Source: an uncultured archaeon (GTDB lineage Archaea > Iainarchaeota > Iainarchaeia > Iainarchaeales > CSSED10-239). From it: 20,889 nucleotides of DNA. The stretch is from contig CAYXWT010000008.1 in NCBI GenBank assembly GCA_964468895.1, positions 1 through 20,889 of the forward strand, given 5' to 3'. The position numbers and the translations under genes are program-made. This document shows positions 13,288 to 20,889 of this stretch, one piece after another. The stretch's first letter is position 1. The number at the start of each line of letters is the position of its first letter. The notes below the pieces were generated by a model. The model ran no database searches. It saw nothing but the letters and a program-made list of their open reading frames with translations, and had not been told where the DNA came from.

Positions 13288-15732
13288 TTAAAAAAAATCA
13301 CCAATACCCTTTTGCTTTTTTCCATTTAAAAGTTCATCTTTAGTTATACCAAAAACTTCTAAAATTGGATAAACTGAAGGTATTAATTGATTATTAATAT
13401 AATAATCTATATCATAATCTTTTTCAGAAACTAATTTAAAATATCTTGCTTTTGAAGAAATACTTTTAGAATTTGTATTAGTTATAATATATTCTACTAA
13501 ATCTCCACTTTTAAAACTTATATTTTTTTCTTTAGCATTTTCTATTGCAAAAACTGCAGGATTCATAGTTTTATAATTATTTATATTTTTATGAACTATT
13601 GACTGTATTATAAGATCCTTATTATTAATAATTCTATTTTGTAACTTTAAAATAATTTCTTTTATATAAGAAACTGCTTTTTTTGAATCTTGAGAATTTA
13701 AAACAATTTCTAAAACTTTTTTTTGAGTAGTTTTAACTAACTCACACCAATCTCTTCTAACATACTCAAAACCTTTTATTTTTAGGTTTCCATTATAATC
13801 AAGCATAGCATATTTTTTTTTAGCAGCTTTATCACTACCTCTAGATTTTACAAATATAGCACTTTTAAATAAATTTTCTAATTCTAAATACATTTCTTTT
13901 GGAAGATTAGAATTTATTTTATTTATATCATTTTCAAGTTCTTTTAGATTAGTAAATTTTACAAAACAAGAATCTGTATCACCATAAACTACTTGATAAC
14001 CATAAGATTCAAAAGTAGAAATAAGTTCTTTAATTTTATTTCTTACTAATAAATACATTAATTCAAGACATTTAGAACAATACCACCTAGATCCTGCAAA
14101 ACCAAGATAACCATACGTTGAAGCTAACAAGATTTTAATAGCATATTGTCTAGAGTACAATGAACTATATTCTGCAGACAAAGGCTCTTTTGATTTCATT
14201 TCTTTTTTAAATTTTAGTCTAATATTTAAAAGAGTTTTAAGTAATTTAGGTATAAAACCTACTTTGTCAAAAGTTATTTTCTCTCCAAGTACAATTTTAA
14301 AATTATTAGAATCTGTATTTAGTGTTTCAGGACTTATATTATACGATATTAATAAAGAAATATGATAACTTCTAAAATCTAAAACTGCTAAATTTTCATA
14401 TAAACCAGAACTAGGTTGATAAACAAAAGCACCAGTAAAAGTATGTTTATATCTTTCATTAATTTCATTTTTATTAGGTTTGTTTGGAATTAATAAATTA
14501 TTTTTAACATAATCTTTCATAAATAATTTTTCAACCATTTTAGAAGCTGAAGAATAAAGTACATCTATAATTGGAGAATCTAAAAAGTATGCCATTTCAT
14601 AAACAAAACCAACATAATTCTTTGCAAGATAATCTACAGCTAAACATTCATCTAAAACACAATCAATAATATCTTTATAGTTATTAGCTAAATATTTAGA
14701 TCTTATTTGCAAATTATCTAATTTTATTTTACTTTCACCAGTAATATTAAAATAAACAGAATTAAGATCAAATTTAGAATAATTAAAAACTTGAAAATAA
14801 TTTAACAATTTTATTAATTTATAAACATCAAAGTGAATAATACCTTCTAAATAAAACTTTTTATTTTTAGACTTATCAAATATCAACTTTCTAGGATTAA
14901 AATCTAATTCTTCATCTGTTAGAAATAAATATCTTTTAGCAAGATATTTAAAATCAGAATAACCATTATAAGTATAAATTATATCTGGATCTTTAGAAAT
15001 TATAAAATCTTTAAAACTAGAAATCAAGTCAATTTCATTATCAAACAATTCTAAAACTAAATTTTTATCTTGAAATTTATTTAAAAGATCTTCTTTCAAT
15101 TTATTATTATTTAAATCTCTGTTTATTAAAAGAAAAATGTTTTTTATATTATTGCTAACATAAGATATAGAAATAATTGGGTCTTTTTTAGCATTAGCTA
15201 AATTACTATCTTCAGACATTAAAGTTTTAATATTAAAACAACCACTGTTAAATTTAGATATTTCAACAACATCATTTGATTTTAAATCTATAACTAAATT
15301 CTCTGAATTTAAAATTAATTCTACATTTCTAAAATTACATAACGAATAATCTAAAAAAAACCTATAAATAAAAGGAACATCATATTCATGTAAAGAATAA
15401 TTATCTATTTCTGGAAAGTCTTGATTTTGAAGTTTATTTTTGATTTCTACTAAATCATCAATAGTATTAAATTTAATTTTATAAACTTTAGATTTGTTTT
15501 CTTTTATTTCTTCAGTAATACTTTTTACTGAAATATTATTTTTAATAAAATCAACAGATTTTAAAATTTCAGTATCTGAACCATAAAAAGAAATATAAAA
15601 ATAAGGATAAAAGTCTACAATATAATCTTCTTTAAAGCCACTTTTATTTTTAATAGTCACAAATAGATTATTCTCTTTATAATAGGAATCTAAAAGTACA
15701 CCTTTTATAGATTTATTCTCAACCAGACACAT
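13288..15732 (-). CDS. polB: Family-B DNA polymerase (PolB) with degenerate 3'-5' exonuclease motifs
   Basis: 814 aa with YGDTDS (nt 13969-13986), KKKYAMLD, DFRS.. motif A, KILLASTYG motif B, DPDIIYTYNG and the C-terminal PIP box QKGIGDFF. The Exo I position reads FNIKT instead of FDIET. Confidence 0.93.
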   Translation of the reverse strand: MCLVENKSIKGVLLDSYYKENNLFVTIKNKSGFKEDYIVDFYPYFYISFYGSDTEILKSVDFIKNNISVKSITEEIKENKSKVYKIKFNTIDDLVEIKNKLQNQDFPEIDNYSLHEYDVPFIYRFFLDYSLCNFRNVELILNSENLVIDLKSNDVVEISKFNSGCFNIKTLMSEDSNLANAKKDPIISISYVSNNIKNIFLLINRDLNNNKLKEDLLNKFQDKNLVLELFDNEIDLISSFKDFIISKDPDIIYTYNGYSDFKYLAKRYLFLTDEELDFNPRKLIFDKSKNKKFYLEGIIHFDVYKLIKLLNYFQVFNYSKFDLNSVYFNITGESKIKLDNLQIRSKYLANNYKDIIDCVLDECLAVDYLAKNYVGFVYEMAYFLDSPIIDVLYSSASKMVEKLFMKDYVKNNLLIPNKPNKNEINERYKHTFTGAFVYQPSSGLYENLAVLDFRSYHISLLISYNISPETLNTDSNNFKIVLGEKITFDKVGFIPKLLKTLLNIRLKFKKEMKSKEPLSAEYSSLYSRQYAIKILLASTYGYLGFAGSRWYCSKCLELMYLLVRNKIKELISTFESYGYQVVYGDTDSCFVKFTNLKELENDINKINSNLPKEMYLELENLFKSAIFVKSRGSDKAAKKKYAMLDYNGNLKIKGFEYVRRDWCELVKTTQKKVLEIVLNSQDSKKAVSYIKEIILKLQNRIINNKDLIIQSIVHKNINNYKTMNPAVFAIENAKEKNISFKSGDLVEYIITNTNSKSISSKARYFKLVSEKDYDIDYYINNQLIPSVYPILEVFGITKDELLNGKKQKGIGDFF

Positions 15733-15777
15733 ATTAACTCAAAATAAAAGAAAATAAAGAAATTAATTATTTAGTAA

Positions 15778-16416
15778 TTAAATACCAATTATTAAACTTA
15801 CTAAAAAACCAATTACACTTAATAATATTAAAAACGCAAATGTTATCCAAAAATTCTTTGTTTTAAATAAATTTTTAGTGAAATGATAATACATTACAAT
15901 AAGATAAACAAAAATACCTAATCCTACCAATAATATCAATACAACACCAATTATATTCCAAACACTAAATATTGGCATAGCAGTACTACTTGAAATCAAC
16001 AATGGATTTGTCATTATTCTAGAAAAGTATGTTAGTAAACTAGGCATAAATATTAATGAAATAGCCATTGTGAAAAAACTATAAATTACTATAGGAATCT
16101 TAAAAGATGCTAGACCACCTAAAACTTTTTCAAAGCCTTTTTTAGGCATTTTATTTTTACCTAATACAAAGTATGCAATCAAATAAAATATAAATCCTAA
16201 TATAAACCAAGAAACAACTACACTTTTTAAAAATTCATATATAGCCATTACGCCAAGGTATGGGACTCCTAAAATCACATAAAATAAAAAATTAACAATA
16301 AATGCAACAAGCATAATAATAATTGATTCTTTATAATTTACTTTATTAAAAAAATATTCTACTAATGCTTTGGGACCACTTAATTTTTTGGGATTATAAC
16401 TTAACAATTTATCCAC
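15778..16416 (-). CDS. Yip1-domain-like polytopic membrane protein
   Basis: 212 aa with a short soluble N-terminus followed by about 5 hydrophobic helices, the usual Yip1/DUF1282-type layout. The family assignment comes from topology and general resemblance only. Confidence 0.5.
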   Translation of the reverse strand: MDKLLSYNPKKLSGPKALVEYFFNKVNYKESIIIMLVAFIVNFLFYVILGVPYLGVMAIYEFLKSVVVSWFILGFIFYLIAYFVLGKNKMPKKGFEKVLGGLASFKIPIVIYSFFTMAISLIFMPSLLTYFSRIMTNPLLISSSTAMPIFSVWNIIGVVLILLVGLGIFVYLIVMYYHFTKNLFKTKNFWITFAFLILLSVIGFLVSLIIGI

Positions 16417-16611
16417 CTTCTTTTTATTTAAAACTGTTTTTAAAATATAATATAAATAAACATAATACTTAGAATGAAAATATATTTAATACTTATTGTT
16501 TAATAAAAGAATTTCATTTAACTAAAAACTAAAACAAATATTTTATAAGACAAATATTAAAAATACATCTAATCTAAAATATTTAATTTAAAAATTATTA
16601 ATTTAAAAAAT

Positions 16612-17709
16612 TTGATTATGAGTTCTATTAAAAAACAAGTTTATTCAAAACCTTTTAATTTAGTTTTTGAAAATAATTATCCAAACTTATTTGTAGGTCC
16701 TGGATTTTATAATAATTATTACTCTGCAAAATTATCAACACCTAAACAATGGGTGAAAGATAAAGATATTAATAACATATCTAATTTTAGAAAAAAACAA
16801 GAATTTACCTTAAAAAGATATAATAAAGAAGATATTAGAAAAGAAAATAAAAATTTAGAAGAAATGCAACTTTTAACTCAATCAATAAAAACTACTGAAA
16901 TGGAAATTGATTTTGAAAGAAAACCACGATTAGTAAAAGAACAGTTTTCAGGGATAAATAACTCATCATATCAATTAAATAAATTTAAAATTTCCGAAAA
17001 TATAAGAGTTCCTAGAAATATAGACAAAATAGTAAATGATTACGATCTTAAAGCTAAGGAAGGAATTATTAATTTATATACAAAAACAAAAGATATATAT
17101 AAAACTCAACAATTATTAAGTATAGGATTATTAGGTCTTAAAAATAACAGAATTTTAGTACCAACTAAATGGTCTATAACTGGTTGTGATGATATAACTA
17201 GTAAAGAAAAAATACTTGAAAAAATAAGATATTATCCAGAAATAGATGATTTTAAAATTTATAATTATTCAATATATAAAAATCAATTTATAATATTATT
17301 ACTACCAAGCTATTGGGGTTTTGAAGTTATAGAAAAACAAAATGAAAATTACATGATTGATTATGAACTTAAAGATCCTAAAAAAAAATATGCTTCTAAT
17401 GTGACAGGTGGTTATTATGCTTCAAGATTAGAAGTTACAAATTATTTAGAAAATATTAAAAAACAAGCAAAAGTAATTATATTTAGAGATATTGGTAAAG
17501 ATTACATCTCTCAAGGTGTATGGATTGTTAGAGAAGCTATTAAAGAAACACTTAAACAAAAGCCTATTTTGTTTAATGATATCAAATCTGTTATTAATTA
17601 TTTAAATAATAATTATAATAGTATAAATGTGTCTGATTTTATAAAAAAATCAAATGTAATTAAAGAATTCAAAAATCAAAAAAGTATATTAAATTTCATA
17701 TACAAATAA
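16612..17709 (+). CDS. nreA: NreA-family DNA repair protein
   Basis: 365 aa. ..NLFVGPGFYNN.., ..ILVPTKWSITGCDD.. and ..VTGGYYASRLEV.. resemble the Nre_N/Nre_C domains. The C-terminus carries the PIP-like QKSILNFI. The likely start is ATG 16618. There is no Cys before the ITGCDD motif (about residue 190). Confidence 0.7.
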   Translation: MIMSSIKKQVYSKPFNLVFENNYPNLFVGPGFYNNYYSAKLSTPKQWVKDKDINNISNFRKKQEFTLKRYNKEDIRKENKNLEEMQLLTQSIKTTEMEIDFERKPRLVKEQFSGINNSSYQLNKFKISENIRVPRNIDKIVNDYDLKAKEGIINLYTKTKDIYKTQQLLSIGLLGLKNNRILVPTKWSITGCDDITSKEKILEKIRYYPEIDDFKIYNYSIYKNQFIILLLPSYWGFEVIEKQNENYMIDYELKDPKKKYASNVTGGYYASRLEVTNYLENIKKQAKVIIFRDIGKDYISQGVWIVREAIKETLKQKPILFNDIKSVINYLNNNYNSINVSDFIKKSNVIKEFKNQKSILNFIYK

Positions 17710-18730
17710 TAAAAGCTAAAATACAAAAAATAATAACAACTAAATCTATACAAATAGTAACTTGCCATTCTTTAATTCTTTTTTTAAATAATATAGGTAA
17801 ATACATAAAAATATGTGTCCAAGAATAAATCTTGTTATAAGGCATTTTTAAAGAGCCATCTTTTTGTAAATCTCCTAGGCTTCTAACTTTTAGTTTACCT
17901 CTAAGTTTTAATATAATTTCTATAAACCATGGAATAAATATTATTATTGAAAATAACTCAATATCTCCAATAATACTTATTGTTGCAAAAAAAGCACCAA
18001 ACAAATATGTGAATGAATCTCCTGGTAAAATTTTTGCAGGATACCAATTAAAAACTAAATAACCTAAAGCTAAACCACATCCAATAAATGAAATAATTGT
18101 TGCTTCTATTCTACCATTTATTAATAAAAAAACACCTAAAGCCAAGCAAACAATAAACATTAAGGATCCTTCTAATCCATTCATTCCTGCAAGCATATTT
18201 GTAGAATTTGAAACAATTATAAAAAATAAGGGAATAAATAAAAAATAATACAACACACCTAACTCTAAAGTGATATTAATTAAAGGGATAGTCATTGTAG
18301 AATTACCTATAAAATAAAAGACTAACGGAATAGAACCAAATATTGTCAATAGTGGTTTGAGCCATGCAGGTAAACCAACTCTTAGTTGATGATCACCATA
18401 TTTATTTTTTGTAGGAGATTCGTTAAATTTGATGTCATCTAAAAAACCTACAAAAGTAACAATAGCTATAGAAAATAAAGCAACAATTATTAAATTAAAA
18501 TTTAAGTTATATTTTAAATAATATGATAAAATATATAATATTAATAAAACAAATAAAAAAGCTATAAAAATAGGAATCCCTGCTGAAGTTGGGATAGCAG
18601 GTTTATTTTTCTTTTGCTGATCTATAGCAATTATTTTTTTAGATCTTAAAATTGGAATAAATGTTTTTATAAATAATAAACTTAAAATAAAAGAAAGTAG
18701 AAATAAAATAAAATAGTTCATAACACTCAA
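17696..18730 (-). CDS. aglH: UDP-GlcNAc:dolichyl-phosphate GlcNAc-1-phosphate transferase (GT4 / MraY-WecA-GPT family, AglH/Alg7-like)
   Basis: 344 aa and polytopic. The FVGFLDDI and NSTNMLAGMNGLEG motifs are characteristic of the GPT branch. The TTG at 18730 is probably not the start, and ATG 18721 is the likely start. It lies directly downstream of aglB. Confidence 0.85.
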   Translation of the reverse strand: MSVMNYFILFLLSFILSLLFIKTFIPILRSKKIIAIDQQKKNKPAIPTSAGIPIFIAFLFVLLILYILSYYLKYNLNFNLIIVALFSIAIVTFVGFLDDIKFNESPTKNKYGDHQLRVGLPAWLKPLLTIFGSIPLVFYFIGNSTMTIPLINITLELGVLYYFLFIPLFFIIVSNSTNMLAGMNGLEGSLMFIVCLALGVFLLINGRIEATIISFIGCGLALGYLVFNWYPAKILPGDSFTYLFGAFFATISIIGDIELFSIIIFIPWFIEIILKLRGKLKVRSLGDLQKDGSLKMPYNKIYSWTHIFMYLPILFKKRIKEWQVTICIDLVVIIFCILAFIICI

Positions 18731-18738
18731 AAATAATT

Positions 18739-20766
18739 TTAACTTAAATTCATATCTTCATAATATTTATTAACTTCGTCTTTATTTACTTTAAATGTTT
18801 TTGTAGTGTAAGAACTATATACTTCAGAAACATATTTTTGAACACTTTCTTCTTTAAACCAAATCTTTGCAAATATAGAATTATTTACAACTGGATTTAG
18901 AACATACATTTCAGATTTATTTTCTGATCTATATAAAAACATTGGAGTACCATTAATTAATTGTGGATTTTTTTGCCAAGTAGTAGGTACAAGATCGAAA
19001 TTTGTTTCTGTAAACATAGCTCCTCTACAATTATATCTTACTTTATTAGTAACTGGAGTATATTCTTTAGTACAAGGTAGTGTCATACCGTTATATTTTA
19101 TAATTCTAGGATCTGAAAAATTTGTAGTTCTATAGGCATAAATTGCAAAAGAATTATATTTTGAAAAATAAGATGTATCTGATAAAATATAATCTGCATC
19201 ATATTTTTTTAATAAACTTATAGATTCATTTAAATCATCTGTAATTATCAATTTTGCAAAATCACCATCACCTTCCAGACTAGAATTTGTATTATCTGTA
19301 CTTGCTTTTCTATCTGTAAAATATGTAATCCAATGACCTTGATCCCACCAATTCATTATTTTTATATCTGAAGATGTATTTTCATTTATCCAATCAAAAG
19401 TATTCAACCATCCAGGAGCTTGATCTATTGGTGGAACTTTAGTAGATATAAAATGAATTCCTGAACCTATGCTTGTAATTAATAAAAATGCAATTACTAT
19501 TGCACAAACTCTTTTTGCAAATAAAGATTTATTTTTAACCCAATTAAAATAAATATAGGCAATAAAACCAGTACCAGCAGCAATTGGAAGTCCTAAAGTA
19601 TAAGTAAACTTTAATTTAACCCACGCCATAAATAAAGTTATTAATAGCCAAAAGAAAACCATCAAAGTGATATAATCTTTATGATCTTTTTCAAAACCAA
19701 ATAAATTTGGCCATATTAAATATACTATCATTAATATCAATGCCAAGAAAGGAATTATTACTAACAAATTATATTTCATCAAGAAAAATTGATAACCTGT
19801 ATTTTCTTCACCAACAGTTTTAGAAATGACATCTGTTTCAGGGATATTTTCTTTATTAATTCTATCTATATTGTCAGAATTAATAGGTAAATAATCTGAA
19901 ACATATTTTGTAGTTTTATTTATCCAATGAGTACCTGTAGCAAGTGTTGCTATTGAAAAAAACAAAACACCTATAATAAACATTATTTTTACAAATATCG
20001 CAATTTTTTTATTTGTGAAATTCTTTAAAGCCATATATACAACAGTAGTTCCAAAATAAGCAATTAAAACTAAAGGTATTAAAATAAACATATCCCACGT
20101 AGCAGCCATTAGTCCAAAAAATATTGCTGCAATAACTGCATAAGTTAAATGCTGCTTTGTATTTTTTAAATTTTTAACAGCTTTAATTAAAAATATAAAT
20201 CCAATTATTAACCATAAAAAACCTAAAGCATCTTCTTCAAAAAATCCAGCCATAGTTCTATAAACAAACGCTGGTATACTAGCGGCCACTATAGCCATAA
20301 CTAGTCCTACTTTCTTAGTATACATCTCTTTACCTAAAAAAAACATAGCTAAAGAAATTAAAGCTCCAAATATAGCAGGGAGAAATCTAGCAAAACTCAT
20401 AAGCAGCCATTTATCATAACCTGCCCCAAAAGTAAAAACTTTATATATTAAAGCTGTGAAATACCACAATACTTTTGGTCTAGAACTATAACAAGAACTT
20501 CCTTGAGCATAAAATCCTAGTGGGTCACATTCTGGAAGATCTCCTTGAACAACATATCCAGTAGCTCTTAAGTGCCAGTAAGGATCAAATTCAAACATAT
20601 AGTCATATTTTAAAAGATGAGATCTAATAGAAAATCCTAATATTAGAATAAGAATTATTATTATTAAAATATTAAACTTAGAATCTAAAAAACTTTTTTT
20701 GTTATTAGAAATATCTTCTGAAGACACAATTGCTTTAGAATTATGTTTTTGCTTTTTAACACTCAT
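18739..20766 (-). CDS. aglB: Oligosaccharyltransferase AglB (STT3 family)
   Basis: 675 aa with an N-terminal multi-TM domain carrying EFDPYWHLR and FFEEDALGF acidic motifs, the WWDQG (WWDxG) motif, and a DK-type motif DFAKLII in the C-terminal soluble domain. Confidence 0.92.
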   Translation of the reverse strand: MSVKKQKHNSKAIVSSEDISNNKKSFLDSKFNILIIIILILILGFSIRSHLLKYDYMFEFDPYWHLRATGYVVQGDLPECDPLGFYAQGSSCYSSRPKVLWYFTALIYKVFTFGAGYDKWLLMSFARFLPAIFGALISLAMFFLGKEMYTKKVGLVMAIVAASIPAFVYRTMAGFFEEDALGFLWLIIGFIFLIKAVKNLKNTKQHLTYAVIAAIFFGLMAATWDMFILIPLVLIAYFGTTVVYMALKNFTNKKIAIFVKIMFIIGVLFFSIATLATGTHWINKTTKYVSDYLPINSDNIDRINKENIPETDVISKTVGEENTGYQFFLMKYNLLVIIPFLALILMIVYLIWPNLFGFEKDHKDYITLMVFFWLLITLFMAWVKLKFTYTLGLPIAAGTGFIAYIYFNWVKNKSLFAKRVCAIVIAFLLITSIGSGIHFISTKVPPIDQAPGWLNTFDWINENTSSDIKIMNWWDQGHWITYFTDRKASTDNTNSSLEGDGDFAKLIITDDLNESISLLKKYDADYILSDTSYFSKYNSFAIYAYRTTNFSDPRIIKYNGMTLPCTKEYTPVTNKVRYNCRGAMFTETNFDLVPTTWQKNPQLINGTPMFLYRSENKSEMYVLNPVVNNSIFAKIWFKEESVQKYVSEVYSSYTTKTFKVNKDEVNKYYEDMNLS

Positions 20767-20889
20767 ATAATCACATAATATTTTAAATATATAATCAACT
20801 AAAAAAATAAATATTCATACTAAATTTTAAATTTAGAATTATAATATATTAAATACAATTGTTTTTATAAATATATAAGTAGTAAAAAT

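Noticed and set aside
17696-17709. The nreA and aglH 3' ends overlap convergently by 14 bp.
   Set aside because: This is common in compact genomes. It depends only on stop-codon placement and has no associated structure. The aglH C-terminal residues are not conserved motif positions.
1-20889. I searched for tRNA/rRNA genes, CRISPR arrays, transposases and integrases.
   Set aside because: No G+C-rich 70-90-nt blocks with T-loop-like GGTTCRAWTC motifs were seen. There are no regularly spaced 25-40-bp repeats. No ORF has recombinase or transposase signatures. The only long repeat is the 115-bp Bro-N fragment pair.

Overview
This is a very AT-rich archaeal chromosomal segment. The archaeal assignment rests on gene content: aCPSF1/FttA, proteasome beta, Spt5/NusG, SecE/Sec61-gamma, FtsZ, family-B DNA polymerase, NreA and AglH/AglB. 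Short genes, tight spacing and extreme A+T suggest a small-genome lineage such as DPANN, but that is only an inference. The code is standard: TAA, TAG and TGA all terminate conserved genes at expected lengths. Positions ~5.6-20.8 kb are core housekeeping genes, all but two on the minus strand. In order they are a Fap7-like kinase, aCPSF1, psmB, a long-type FKBP, the conserved ftsZ-secE-spt5-rpl11 block, an eIF-2B-family/ribose-1,5-bisphosphate-isomerase-like gene, polB, a Yip1-type membrane protein, nreA and the N-glycosylation pair aglH-aglB. The left ~5.4 kb is accessory. It holds a decayed Bro-N-type gene broken into pieces, with two different intact ATPase-wHTH-PD-(D/E)xK genes sitting in the breaks. 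Each ATPase gene has an ~87% identical 115-bp copy of the same Bro-N 3' fragment on its upstream side. The accessory part also holds a sequon-rich parallel beta-helix surface protein whose membrane anchor is cut off from the ectodomain by a single in-frame TAA. Two further points deserve a second look. First, polB has exonuclease motif I (DxE) replaced by NxK while YGDTDS is intact. Second, several ORF-track GTG starts lie inside GGTG/GGAG ribosome-binding motifs. I found no rRNA, tRNA, CRISPR array, transposase or integrase.
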